Of a DNA stretch of 64,000 nt, positions 10,908-21,032 are shown one piece after another. The notes below the pieces were generated by a model. That model searched no databases and had not been told where the DNA came from. It saw only the letters and a list, made by a program, of their open reading frames with translations. The stretch comes from Rhodothermaceae bacterium. Its GTDB lineage: Bacteria > Bacteroidota > Rhodothermia > Rhodothermales > Bin80. Each line of letters starts with the position of its first letter. Positions within the stretch are counted from its first letter, which is position 1. The position numbers and the translations under genes were made by a program. The stretch covers positions 8,196 to 72,195 of the forward strand of contig VXSC01000042.1 of NCBI GenBank assembly GCA_009838195.1, given 5' to 3'.

Positions 10908-12203
10908 CTATGCAATCACAAAGTCGTAAAGGGGATGGTTTTCGCAGAGGCCGTGTACTTCGTTTTTCACCTTGTGCCGGATGGACTCGTCAATGGGTGC
11001 ATTCAGAACACGATCAATCAGCATAACCACCTCCTCAATGTCTGCTTCTTTAAATCCTCGTGTCGTAACAGCGGCCGTTCCCAAACGGATCCCACTGGTG
11101 ACGAATGGGCTTTTATCATCAAAGGGGACCATGTTTTTATTCACCGTGATGTGCGCTGCCTGCAACGCACGCTCTGCATCCCGTCCAGTAATATTTTTGC
11201 TGCGAAGGTCAACCAACACCAGATGGTTATCGGTTCCTCCACTCACAACATCGTAGCCACGCGACAAAAAAGATTGTGCCATGACGGCTGCATTTTTTTG
11301 CACCTGTCGCGCGTATTCAACAAATTCGGGCTGCAGCGCCTCTTTGAAGGCAACTGCTTTGGCTGCAATGACATGTACGAGTGGGCCACCTTGCATACCG
11401 GGAAAGACGGCAGAATCAAGCAATTCACTCATATTGCGGACACGGCCGCTCTTTGGGGCAACTTTGCCAAAGGGGTTTTCAAAATCATTTCCGATCAGTA
11501 TCATTCCCCCACGCGGTCCACGAAGTGTCTTGTGCGTAGTTGTTGTGACGATATGGGCATGAGGTAGCGGGTCGTTCAGGATCCCAGCGGCAATTAATCC
11601 GGCAGGGTGCGCCATATCCATCCACAGGAGTGCACCAATTTCATCCGCAATTGCTCGAAATGCCTCATAATCAAAATCGCGCGAGTATGCGCTGGCTCCA
11701 ATAGAAATCAGTTTGGGGTTGATGGATTTTGCTTTGTCCCGGACGCGATCCATATCAATACGCCCATCTTTGTTTACCCCATAATACGTTGCCTGAAACC
11801 AGATACCCGAGAAATTTACAGGGCTTCCATGTGTCAGGTGTCCGCCATGAGCAAGATTAAGGCCAAGGAAGGTGTCTCCCGGCTTCAGGCAGCTTAGATA
11901 AACGGCAGCATTGGCGGAGGCTCCTGAATGGGGCTGCACATTGACCCAGTCGCATTGAAACAGTTCTTTTGCGCGACTGCGCGCCAAATCCTCAGCGACA
12001 TCCGTAAATTCACAACCGCCGTAGTAGCGCCGGCCAGGCAGCCCCTCGGCATATTTATTCGTGAAGACAGAGCCTTGGGCTTGCATGACACTTCTGGACA
12101 CAAAATTTTCCGAAGCGATCAATTCTAGGCCGTAGTTCTGGCGGTGGACTTCCCGTTCAATCGCGGCGTGAATTTCGGGATCCTGTGATAAAAGATGACT
12201 CAT
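10908..12203 (-). CDS. glyA: Serine hydroxymethyltransferase
   Basis: 431 aa. The PLP-lysine motif is [15 protein letters not shown], and the N-terminus is typical ([24 protein letters not shown]). Confidence 0.95.
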   Translation of the reverse strand: MSHLLSQDPEIHAAIEREVHRQNYGLELIASENFVSRSVMQAQGSVFTNKYAEGLPGRRYYGGCEFTDVAEDLARSRAKELFQCDWVNVQPHSGASANAAVYLSCLKPGDTFLGLNLAHGGHLTHGSPVNFSGIWFQATYYGVNKDGRIDMDRVRDKAKSINPKLISIGASAYSRDFDYEAFRAIADEIGALLWMDMAHPAGLIAAGILNDPLPHAHIVTTTTHKTLRGPRGGMILIGNDFENPFGKVAPKSGRVRNMSELLDSAVFPGMQGGPLVHVIAAKAVAFKEALQPEFVEYARQVQKNAAVMAQSFLSRGYDVVSGGTDNHLVLVDLRSKNITGRDAERALQAAHITVNKNMVPFDDKSPFVTSGIRLGTAAVTTRGFKEADIEEVVMLIDRVLNAPIDESIRHKVKNEVHGLCENHPLYDFVIA

Positions 12204-12225
12204 GTGAATGATGGATAAGATTAGG

Positions 12226-12927
12226 TCAATTGCTCCCCATCATGGCATATACCAGGATATTGGTTCCCATTTTGAGAGCGGATTCGCGGATTTCTGGTGG
12301 AAGGTCATGCACCGATTCGGGCTCCCAGCCATCGCCGAGATCACTCTCGTAGCTGTAGAACACACAAAGGCGGCCGTAGCTATCAAATAGCCCCAACCCT
12401 TGAGGTGGTTTGCCATCGTGCTCGTGGATTTTTGGCAGACCATTGGGGAATGAATAATGAGCATGATAGATTGTGTGGTCAAAGGGAAGTTCGACAAATT
12501 CCTGTTGCGGAAACACTTTAGCCATTTCACGGCGAATGGCTTCGTCCAGACCATAGTTATCATCAATATGCAGGAAGCCTCCCTGCTCTAGGTACTGGCG
12601 TAGCTGGGTGACCTCCTGTTCTGTAAACACCACATTGCCATGTCCTGTCAGGTACAGGTATGGAAAGGTGAATAATCGATTATTGGAAAGTTCAACAACC
12701 TCCGGTGTTGGCGCAGCGTTCACCAGCGTTTCAGTTCGTGCGTAAGCCAAGAGCTCCGGGAGTGACTGTTCGTCGCTGTACCAGTCCCCACCACCTCCGT
12801 ATTTGACACGTGCGATGGAGAACGCGTACTCCTGTGCCTTACATGGAACGGCAAGGACAATACAGAAACACAGCAATCGAATCACGGAACTGGATGGGGA
12901 AGTTCTCCGCAGGTTGTACGATATCAA
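12226..12927 (-). CDS. DUF4159 domain-containing secreted protein
   Basis: 233 aa with a signal peptide. It carries the [21 protein letters not shown] motif characteristic of DUF4159. Confidence 0.65.
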   Translation of the reverse strand: MISYNLRRTSPSSSVIRLLCFCIVLAVPCKAQEYAFSIARVKYGGGGDWYSDEQSLPELLAYARTETLVNAAPTPEVVELSNNRLFTFPYLYLTGHGNVVFTEQEVTQLRQYLEQGGFLHIDDNYGLDEAIRREMAKVFPQQEFVELPFDHTIYHAHYSFPNGLPKIHEHDGKPPQGLGLFDSYGRLCVFYSYESDLGDGWEPESVHDLPPEIRESALKMGTNILVYAMMGSN

Positions 12928-13111
12928 AGCGAACTTGATTGAGGCGCAAGCAGCTTTGAATCAGTATGCAAATCAGGATGCCCAAAAATCAGTTGTGGAG
13001 AGGATGACTAATCGTTGGCGGTTACCCAATACTATTACTCTCGAAGGTCCTGCAAAGAGTAAAATCAGGGGTATCCGCTGAGAGAGGTGTGAGTACGCGG
13101 ATTAGGCGTGT

Positions 13112-13507
13112 TTAGGAGGGAGGAATCTGATTTAAAGTATTCGTTTCGCTATACTTGGAGGGGCACTTCATGAGGATATGTTCTGCCTCGAAAATATCTC
13201 CATTCAGGCGGCCCTCCACGACCAGTTTTTCCGCATTCTCAAAGCTTGCTGGTTTTGTGTCGCGATAGTGGACTTTTCGCACGGTCCCTTCATCATCCTG
13301 CATATGGAATGTGAAGAGATTGGCTTCCGGGTCATAATGAGCCGTCTCCGGCTGCACCCAGTAACCGACCACATGAGCACGTGTCCCTGAAGCCTCAGCT
13401 TCGGAAAAATGCATATAGCCACCAACCTGTTCGCCGAAGCTGAACAGAAGCAGCGACGCAAATCCCACAAGGGCAATCAGGCTGATAATGGTGCGAGGCT
13501 TACGCAT
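13112..13507 (-). CDS. ccmE: Cytochrome c maturation heme chaperone CcmE, CXXXY variant
   Basis: 131 aa with an N-terminal membrane anchor and an OB-fold body. The C-terminal motif is LMKCPSKY (Cys where canonical CcmE has His in HxxxY). Confidence 0.85.
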   Translation of the reverse strand: MRKPRTIISLIALVGFASLLLFSFGEQVGGYMHFSEAEASGTRAHVVGYWVQPETAHYDPEANLFTFHMQDDEGTVRKVHYRDTKPASFENAEKLVVEGRLNGDIFEAEHILMKCPSKYSETNTLNQIPPS

Positions 13508-13680
13508 GCGTTTAAAGGGCTCGGCTTGTTGGTTCTACTGCGATCATTCCAACTGGTTGTCTATATCCGAAGTATCGCGTTCAGCTACGGTGCTATTTTC
13601 TGGCAATCATCTACCCCAAGGCTCTATAAAATTCTGTTTTTTCTCGATCAGATTGTCCACCAAGTAGCAGCTGAATCAGC

Positions 13681-13875
13681 CTATTCGGCAGGCTTCTCGT
13701 TTTCGAGAAGATGCTGGATCGAAGATTCAATTTGATTGATTTTTCGATCGGTCGCATAGATGAAGATTACGATCCCCAGCCAGATGATTAAGACAACGGC
13801 CAAGACAACCATCAGTTTGTCATTGTCCAGCATCGTAGCTTCAAAACCGGAAGTTTGTATTAGCAGAGAGAGCAT
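13681..13875 (-). CDS. ccmD: CcmD-like small membrane protein (alternative CcmD family)
   Basis: Single TM helix (LMVVLAVVLIIWLGIVIFIY) located between ccmC and ccmE. The track ORF extends to 13962 and overlaps ccmC, so the start is more likely Met at 13875 or 13833. Confidence 0.5.
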   Translation of the reverse strand: MLSLLIQTSGFEATMLDNDKLMVVLAVVLIIWLGIVIFIYATDRKINQIESSIQHLLENEKPAE

Positions 13876-13883
13876 GATGTTGT

Positions 13884-14591
13884 TTACAAGTTCTTTCCCA
13901 AGATAGACTGCAGTGTAGCAGAGGCACGCGATAACCGGACGCGTTGAGTATAGAGCAGCCACCCTAAACCAATAAATCCGATCACCGCTGGGTAAAATAC
14001 AACTCTCATAATCGGATCAGTAATATCACTGAATGCTGGATTCCCTTCGGCACCGGGATGCAGGCTCTCTAACTGACGTGGCAAAACGTACAATAGGAAA
14101 GGCACGGTTACAAATGCAAAAATATTATAGACAGCTGCAATCCTTGCCCGTTTGATTGGATCATCTAATGCACCTCGAAGGGCAAAATATGCACCGTAGA
14201 TCAGTACCTGGACCGCAGCCATTGATTGTTTCGGATCAAAATTCCACCATATGTTCGTCCCTTCATACCAGGTGAAACGTGCCCACATACTACCTGTCGC
14301 CAGTCCTAACAGTCCGAATACAATCGCAACCAGTGCGGCAGTGCTTGATCTAATATCGCTCACCGGGTTATTCGTTCGCAGGCATTGAATGGCATGAACG
14401 GCGGAAAGGGCTGTCAATGCCATCATGGCAAACCACATCGGAACATGGAAATACAAATTCCGAGCGGTGTGCTCCAGCATGGCTACACGTGGGATATTCA
14501 ACCACGTTCCGGCAAAAGAAAACGCTCCTAAGAGAACGAGCGTCATCCAAACAATAATGATCAGGCGTATTCTCCTGTAGTTGCGAGGCAT
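13884..14591 (-). CDS. ccmC: Heme exporter / heme lyase-associated protein CcmC
   Basis: 235 aa with about 6 TM helices. The Trp-rich heme-handling region is WARFTWYEGTNIWWNFDPKQ. Confidence 0.85.
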   Translation of the reverse strand: MPRNYRRIRLIIIVWMTLVLLGAFSFAGTWLNIPRVAMLEHTARNLYFHVPMWFAMMALTALSAVHAIQCLRTNNPVSDIRSSTAALVAIVFGLLGLATGSMWARFTWYEGTNIWWNFDPKQSMAAVQVLIYGAYFALRGALDDPIKRARIAAVYNIFAFVTVPFLLYVLPRQLESLHPGAEGNPAFSDITDPIMRVVFYPAVIGFIGLGWLLYTQRVRLSRASATLQSILGKNL

Positions 14592-14600
14592 AGACTTGAT

Positions 14601-15305
14601 TTAGTTCTCCCAGACATAGTCAAAAAGGAGTATAGACGCGGCAATCACGACACCGGAAAAACTTACCATGGTAACCAAGGATCCAATGGCCGCACTCCAT
14701 CCATCTGTGGTAAAAGACTGACCCGTAAAACTTAGATGGGTCGCTTCAACGGCAGAAAGCAGTAAAGGGATCAAAAGGGGAAAGAGTAGAACGGGAAGGA
14801 GCGGTCCGCCACGTGCCGTTCGTGAAATAATCGCCGCTAGAAGTGTGGTTGCCCCCGCAAGACCCAGGGTGCCTAGGCAAATCGTCAGAATAAAAAGCTC
14901 GGGTAGTGCCACCTCGACACTTAGAAGCAGCAGGAATACCCCAGATGAAACAGCATTCGCGCACAGAAGCGTCAGGAAGCTATAACAAAGCTTGCCGAGA
15001 TAAACCATCCCTTCCCGTGTATGCAATCGCAAAAAGATTGCGGTTCCACGTTCTTCCTCAGACAGAAATACTCGTCCCAGCCCCAATGCTGCGGTAAAAA
15101 GGATTACGATCCAAAGTAGGCCCGACTTCGTTCGGGGACCGAGGTCTTCTCTTGCGGTGGCAAACAGGACTAAAAACAATGTGCTTAATACGAAGATGAG
15201 CAGTGTGCCCAGTACGGATTTGTTGCGTAGTTCAAGGCGGAGATCCTTCAGGAGTACAGACTTCGCTCCAGCAATCCAGCTGGCTGGCTTGTTGGGCATG
15301 CTCAT
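14601..15305 (-). CDS. ccmB: Heme exporter membrane protein CcmB
   Basis: 234-aa polytopic ORF directly upstream of ccmC. Its start ATG overlaps the murB stop (ATGA). Confidence 0.8.
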   Translation of the reverse strand: MSMPNKPASWIAGAKSVLLKDLRLELRNKSVLGTLLIFVLSTLFLVLFATAREDLGPRTKSGLLWIVILFTAALGLGRVFLSEEERGTAIFLRLHTREGMVYLGKLCYSFLTLLCANAVSSGVFLLLLSVEVALPELFILTICLGTLGLAGATTLLAAIISRTARGGPLLPVLLFPLLIPLLLSAVEATHLSFTGQSFTTDGWSAAIGSLVTMVSFSGVVIAASILLFDYVWEN

Positions 15306-16318
15306 GGTGAGTGGCGCGCGGCTAATTCCTCGGCAGTAACCAAGCCTTCTGGTCGAGGCAGAAACACGGGTTTTCCACTGGTCAGAGGATGGAAGTCGCC
15401 GACGAATTCAACTTCTGTTTCCAGGTGATATCCTGTCTGTTGGGTCACCTCTTTTTGAACGTAGGCTACCAGTGCCTGGAGATCTGCCGCGGTCCCATCT
15501 GCATGGTTGACGATGATGTTGGCATGGAGATGTGAGATGGCCATGCCTCCATAGCAGGTTCCCTTGAGACCACATTCATCAATGAGCTTTCCGGCTCCAA
15601 TTCCCTGGATTTTCTTGAAGATGGATCCGACACTCGGTTCTGTTTTTAGGTCGGGATGCCTTAATGCGCGCCAGGCTAGATTTTCTTTCATGATTCTGTA
15701 GATATCTGCTTGATTCGATTCCTGGAGCAGAAACGTCGCGCTCAGCACAATGTCATCCCGCCAGTGCAGAATGGATTTGTCATATCCGAATTCAAAATAA
15801 TCAACACCGACACGCTTGGATTCATTTTCCTCCGTAAGGAGGTCGGCATATTCTAGAACTTCTTCGATGAACATCGTACGTTCACGCGCCGGGGCAGGAG
15901 AGAGGAAGTGGAGATTCTGCCAGAGCGCCCCGCCTACGGTTGAGGGAATCCCGACGTAGTGCTCAAGCCCGGAAAGGGATCGGCTTGCAGCGAGTTCGAT
16001 GAGGTCGGGATACATCGTTGCCCCGCTTTCAGCGGTAACTAGATCTCCATTGAAGCAGATGTGATCGGCAGAATTATGGATAACGACTCCACGGAAGCCA
16101 CCATCTCCAATAACGATGTTAGCTCCCTTGCCTAACAGAAAATAGGGTAGGTCCAACCCTCGAACGGCCCTTACTGCACTCTCGAGTGCAGTCGCATTTG
16201 TTGCCTCTACAAAAAAATCCGCTGGCCCTCCTACCCTCATGGTTGTATAGGGGGCCAATCTGATGTTCTCTCGAACAACAGAACCTTCGCCGATAAGCTT
16301 TTCAAGTGTTTGTCGCAT
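15302..16318 (-). CDS. murB: UDP-N-acetylenolpyruvoylglucosamine reductase
   Basis: 338 aa. The FAD-binding PCMH domain shows TTMRVGGPADFF and LLGKGANIV, followed by a typical MurB C-terminal domain. Confidence 0.9.
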   Translation of the reverse strand: MRQTLEKLIGEGSVVRENIRLAPYTTMRVGGPADFFVEATNATALESAVRAVRGLDLPYFLLGKGANIVIGDGGFRGVVIHNSADHICFNGDLVTAESGATMYPDLIELAASRSLSGLEHYVGIPSTVGGALWQNLHFLSPAPARERTMFIEEVLEYADLLTEENESKRVGVDYFEFGYDKSILHWRDDIVLSATFLLQESNQADIYRIMKENLAWRALRHPDLKTEPSVGSIFKKIQGIGAGKLIDECGLKGTCYGGMAISHLHANIIVNHADGTAADLQALVAYVQKEVTQQTGYHLETEVEFVGDFHPLTSGKPVFLPRPEGLVTAEELAARHSP

Positions 16319-16409
16319 ACCAAAGGATAGGGTTCAACACTGCAACTCGTAATCGAGTAAACCGTTATAGCTACTTCCCACGAATCCCCAGAGTTCCTAA
16401 GGATAAGAA

Positions 16410-17249
16410 ATGAATAACAGATCAAATATGCCGAATATGTCTCGTCTTCTGACAAGAGGGGCGATACTCGCTGCGGTTGTCCTTGTTGTCGGTGCGATGG
16501 CCGCCGGTTGTATGACAACGACACTTGTTTCCGGTGAGGCCGGTGTCCGCTATTCTATCTTCGGAGGAACGGACATGGACGATGTCTACGGTGAGGGGCT
16601 AAAGGTCCATGCACCGTGGGTTAATGTAATCAAGTACGATGTTCGTGTGCAGGAGAGACTTGAGAATATGGAGGCGCTTTCCTCAAACGGATTGTCGATC
16701 GGTACGGATATTTCCGTACGCTGGCGACCGATATCGGAGACACTTCCAGTTTTACATGTCGACTATGGTGTTGATTATTTCCGAAAGCTCATTGGTCCAG
16801 AACTTCGTAGTACGGTACGAGAAGTGATTGGTCAGTTTACGCCCGAGGAGCTCTATTCTACTCGAAGAACAGAGTTACAGGATCAAATATTTGCCAGAGT
16901 GAAGGAGAGCGTAGGGAATGAAGATGTCCTTGTTGAAGCGATTTTAATCAGAGATGTACGGCTTCCAGAACAAATCAAGATGGCCATCGAAAATAAACTG
17001 AAAGAGGAGCAGGAGGCCGAGAGATACGAATTTACCATCGAAAAAGAACGCCTTGAAGCAGAGCGCAAGCGCATTGAAGCGGAAGGTGAAGCCGCATACC
17101 AGCAGATTATCACGGCAAGCCTCACTTCGCAATTTCTGCGCTTCAAGGGAATTGAGGCTACGCAGCAACTTGCAAATTCACCCAATAGCAAAACTGTAAT
17201 CGTTGGTGGCGGGGGAGATGGCCTACCCCTGATTCTGGGTGGTCAATAG
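16410..17249 (+). CDS. SPFH/band-7 (prohibitin/HflC-like) membrane protein
   Basis: 279 aa with an N-terminal anchor and an SPFH core. A Glu/Ala-rich coiled coil follows (KLKEEQEAERYEFTIEKERLEAERKRIEAEGEA). Confidence 0.85.
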   Translation: MNNRSNMPNMSRLLTRGAILAAVVLVVGAMAAGCMTTTLVSGEAGVRYSIFGGTDMDDVYGEGLKVHAPWVNVIKYDVRVQERLENMEALSSNGLSIGTDISVRWRPISETLPVLHVDYGVDYFRKLIGPELRSTVREVIGQFTPEELYSTRRTELQDQIFARVKESVGNEDVLVEAILIRDVRLPEQIKMAIENKLKEEQEAERYEFTIEKERLEAERKRIEAEGEAAYQQIITASLTSQFLRFKGIEATQQLANSPNSKTVIVGGGGDGLPLILGGQ

Positions 17250-17679
17250 TTGCCGACTGGCCCAATCCGAGTCACTTAGTAGTAGCTTGGATAACTTTGC
17301 CGGAACTCGCTCTCGGAAGCGAACCGTTGATCCTTAAGGTGTCGCAGGCTCTTTCCGACATGGGGTGGCCATTGGTCCACGCAGCATGGGTCAGATTGAT
17401 CTGTGAAGGAAAACTATTGCCAAGCGACGGTCTTGAGGGTGTACATTAGATCCGTAAAAGACAGCCCTGGATCAGAAAAATGTGTACCATCAGAAAATCG
17501 TCAGCGTTGTGGTCCGCCCATTCATCGAAGTGTGATTTTAGGGGCAAAGGGGGTGGAAGGGCTGGTATCCATTGGCAGAGTATAGAGGATCTTCCAGGTG
17601 GTTGGATTGATAAGAGGGCTTTCGATATGGCATAAGTGTAAATGCATTGCAAGGTAGTCCCAGCCTCGAATCAAAAGTC

Positions 17680-17736
17680 AATCTCCATTATGGAGATTCT
17701 ATGTTTAAACTGTGAATTTTTCGTGAATTCGAAAAA
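17680..17736 (+). promoter_or_regulatory. Candidate operator/hairpin cluster in the leader of the TBDR operon
   Basis: Perfect 9+1+9 palindrome AATCTCCAT-T-ATGGAGATT at 17680-17698. Direct repeat GTGAATT x2 spaced 11 bp apart (17712 and 17723). 7-bp A/T hairpin TTTTTCG/CGAAAAA at 17717-17736. Confidence 0.3.
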
Positions 17737-17897
17737 ATCGGCAATAACACAGTTCTAATTATCTATATTACACAAGGGTTTCAGTGGGCTAGTATTAGTT
17801 CCTGCGACAGCGAGAAGGTCAGAAACACGGTGAGATGTTACTCTAAAGCAAGAGAATTCATGCTTCTCCATTCAGGTCTGCACTGCTTTTTGTTATA

Positions 17898-20800
17898 ATG
17901 CTAGTACGGTTCCTGCATACATTTGCCTTGGTATCTGTTTTATCAGCGGGCAATGTGTTTGCCCAGTCTGGCAAAATCGCTGGCCGGGTGACCGATGAGT
18001 CTGGGGCAGGGCTACCGGGCGTTAACATCTTTATACCCGCTACTTTGCAGGGTGCTACTTCTGATCTGGACGGATATTATACCATCCTAAACGTATCTCC
18101 CGGTACGTACACCATCCGCTCTTCATTTATTGGCTTTGCCACACAAGTTGTTGAGGGGGTTCGGGTGAATATTGATCAGACCACGACAGTGGACTTCCAT
18201 CTTATGGAGGACGCTGTTGGGCTTGAAGAGATGATTGTCACAGCAGAATTACCGGTGGTTCAGGCAGACGTATCCAACAGCCAACTAAATGTAACCTCTG
18301 ATCAAATAGAGGCGCTTCCTGTGTCCAGCATTAATAGTGTAGTTGGTTTGCAGGCTGGGATTCAGGGACTTTCTGTTCGTGGCAGTGGCTCGGATGAACT
18401 CTCATTTATGGTCAATGGTCTGACCCTAAGAGACGAACGCAATAATGCCCCTTACACGAGCATTAGTCTTTCCTCTGTGGAGGAAGTACAGGTTCAGACG
18501 GGCGGCTTCAACGCGGAGTATGGGAATGTTCGTTCGGGTGTCGTTAATGTTGTGACCAAGGAAGGAGGACGCAATCAATATACCGGTAGTGCGATTCTCC
18601 GATATAGTGCCCCTGCACAAAAGCACTTTGGGCCTCGGGCGGATGATCCGGGTGCTTACTGGATTCGTCCATTCATAGATCCTGATGTAGCATTTAGGGG
18701 GACTGAAGCAGGGGGGTGGGATGAATTTACCCAGGCACAATACCCTCGATTTGAAGGATGGATTGCAATTTCCGAAGAGAGACTCAAGGACGATGATCCT
18801 TCCAACGATATGACTCCAGAAGCACTCCAGCAGGCTTTCCTCTGGCAACATCGTAAACCTATGGAAGTGGTTCGTCCAGATTACAATGTTGATGTGGGCT
18901 TTGGAGGGCCAGTTCCTTTCATCAGTCAGTATTTGGGAGCACTTCGCTTTTACGCTTCGGTTCGGGCCGATCAGAGCATGTACTTGATTCCCTTACACTC
19001 AGATAGCTACCAAGAATGGTCGGGGCATCTGAAGGTGACGGCTGATCTTCAACCTGGGATGAAGCTTACGATTGAGGGATTGAGAGGCCGTATCACAGGT
19101 ACATCCCTCAGCCGTGTTGGACAACCCGGAATTTTTCGCTCCGCGTTTAGTATTGCCAGTCAGCTCAGCCGCGTCAGTTTCATTGATTCCAGAATTTTTT
19201 CCACGGATTATTGGACTCCGGCGGAAGTTAATAATTTTATGGGAGGGGTGAAGCTGACACATTCTCTTAACTCTAACACATTTTATGAAGTACGGCTGAA
19301 CGCCTTTCGTTCTGACTACGACACAAATCCGGGACGGTTACGTGATGAGACTCCGGTTGTAATCTTTGGTGGTGTGGGATTTGATGAGGCTCCGTACGGG
19401 TTTCAACCCAAGCCTACATTTGGAGTGGATGGGATGCGTACGGGTGTGGGTATGAGTAACGCTCGTGATAGCAGTGTGGTGACAGTCTACAATATCAAAG
19501 CGGATCTCACCAGTCAACTAAATCGATTTCTACAAATAAAGACAGGGGTTGAGTATAACCTCTCAGATTCCAAGGTGAATTACGGACGCTTTGACGAATT
19601 TTTGCCAAGTAGTAATTCGCACTCCCAGTGGGATCGCACCCCGGTTCGAGGGGCTGCATATGCACAGAGCAAACTGGAATTCTCTGGAATGATTGCTAAT
19701 CTGGGACTCCGGTTGGACTACTTTAATGCTGGCGGAGATTGGTATAATTTTGACCCATTCAGCCCCGCATTCAGTGCAAGATTGGCCCCAGTGATCGACA
19801 CGCTTCTAACGCAGGAGTCCACCCGCCAGATCTTTTCCTTGAGCCCTCGGATGGGAGTTTCATTCCCTATTACCGAGTATAGCAAGCTGTATTTCAATTA
19901 CGGACACTTCCGATCTCTTCCAGACCCCAATAATTTATTTCTGTTGCGCGAATTCACAGAAACCGGACAGATTAGTAGAGTAGCGGATCCCAACAATCCC
20001 TTACCCAAGACAGTCGCATACGAACTTGGCTATGAGCAGTCACTTTTTGATCAACTGCTGATTCGAATGGCTGGCTACTACAAGGATGTGTCTCTGCAGC
20101 CGTATCTCACTCAATACATCAGCCGTGATGGGCAGGTAAACTATACGGTTAATGAGCCAAATTCATTCGAAGATATTCGCGGATTTGAGGTAACCTTATC
20201 TCGGAATCAAGGTCGTTGGGTCCAAGGATTTGTGAATTACACTTATATGGTATTCACGTCTGGTTATTTCGGTCTTCGGCAAAACTTTGAAAACCCAACT
20301 GCGCAACGTGAATTTTCAGAAAGTGATACCGAACGGCGTCGTGCATCCTCCAGACCAGTCCCCAGGCCCTATGCACGTCTAAATTTGGATTTTCTGACTC
20401 CCGCAGATTTTGGTCCTCGCGTTGGAGCTTTTCCAATCCTAGGAGATTGGCGGATCAGTGTAATCGGTAGTTGGCAGAAAGGGTCCAAATTCACCTGGAC
20501 CGGCGGAGGGGCTATTCCAGGTGTCATCAATAATGTGTCCTTCCGGGATAATTGGAATGTAAACCTTCGCTTCACTAGGAGTCTGACGATTGCCGGAAAA
20601 CGAGCCCAATTCTTCGTGGACATCTTTAACGCGTTGAATTTTCGCAATCTGTCATTCAATGGATTCATTGATGGAAACGATCAATTATCATATCTGAGGT
20701 CTCTCCATCTACCTGAATCGGATGACTATCAGACAAATATTCCGGGAAATGACAAGATTGGTGCCTATCGTTCTTATGATGTAGCTTTTCAACCGATGCA

Positions 20801-21029
20801 GAGAATTCCTAATCGCGAGAGTATTACTGCCCCGAAGGACGGTGTGATTTATTGGGAATTCGACTCCAGACAATATTTGGTTTATCGTGATAGTGCGTGG
20901 AGCCCCGCTGATTCGCAGGTCGTGGATCAGGTTATCAAAGACAAGGCCTATATCGATATGCCAAATCAGAGTTTTCTTACGTTTCTGGATCCGCGCGATA
21001 TCTATTGGGGAATCCGCTTGTCGTTTTAG
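17898..21029 (+). CDS. TonB-dependent outer-membrane transporter with N-terminal carboxypeptidase-regulatory-like domain
   Basis: 1043 aa with a signal peptide. The CarboxypepD_reg-like start is GKIAGRVTDESGAGLPGVNIF. The plug region shows VRGSGSDELSFMVNGL and GGFNAEYGNVRSGVVNVVTKEG. A long beta-barrel ends in a terminal aromatic residue (RLSF). Confidence 0.9.
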   Translation: MLVRFLHTFALVSVLSAGNVFAQSGKIAGRVTDESGAGLPGVNIFIPATLQGATSDLDGYYTILNVSPGTYTIRSSFIGFATQVVEGVRVNIDQTTTVDFHLMEDAVGLEEMIVTAELPVVQADVSNSQLNVTSDQIEALPVSSINSVVGLQAGIQGLSVRGSGSDELSFMVNGLTLRDERNNAPYTSISLSSVEEVQVQTGGFNAEYGNVRSGVVNVVTKEGGRNQYTGSAILRYSAPAQKHFGPRADDPGAYWIRPFIDPDVAFRGTEAGGWDEFTQAQYPRFEGWIAISEERLKDDDPSNDMTPEALQQAFLWQHRKPMEVVRPDYNVDVGFGGPVPFISQYLGALRFYASVRADQSMYLIPLHSDSYQEWSGHLKVTADLQPGMKLTIEGLRGRITGTSLSRVGQPGIFRSAFSIASQLSRVSFIDSRIFSTDYWTPAEVNNFMGGVKLTHSLNSNTFYEVRLNAFRSDYDTNPGRLRDETPVVIFGGVGFDEAPYGFQPKPTFGVDGMRTGVGMSNARDSSVVTVYNIKADLTSQLNRFLQIKTGVEYNLSDSKVNYGRFDEFLPSSNSHSQWDRTPVRGAAYAQSKLEFSGMIANLGLRLDYFNAGGDWYNFDPFSPAFSARLAPVIDTLLTQESTRQIFSLSPRMGVSFPITEYSKLYFNYGHFRSLPDPNNLFLLREFTETGQISRVADPNNPLPKTVAYELGYEQSLFDQLLIRMAGYYKDVSLQPYLTQYISRDGQVNYTVNEPNSFEDIRGFEVTLSRNQGRWVQGFVNYTYMVFTSGYFGLRQNFENPTAQREFSESDTERRRASSRPVPRPYARLNLDFLTPADFGPRVGAFPILGDWRISVIGSWQKGSKFTWTGGGAIPGVINNVSFRDNWNVNLRFTRSLTIAGKRAQFFVDIFNALNFRNLSFNGFIDGNDQLSYLRSLHLPESDDYQTNIPGNDKIGAYRSYDVAFQPMQRIPNRESITAPKDGVIYWEFDSRQYLVYRDSAWSPADSQVVDQVIKDKAYIDMPNQSFLTFLDPRDIYWGIRLSF

Positions 21030-21032
21030 TTC

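Noticed and set aside
17780-17897. Possible cobalamin riboswitch upstream of the TonB-dependent transporter (GGTGAGA and CAGGTCTGCAC resemble fragments of the consensus)
   Set aside because: There is no proper B12-box, too little sequence for the full ~200-nt architecture, and the similarities are short enough to be chance. I left it as an untyped leader.
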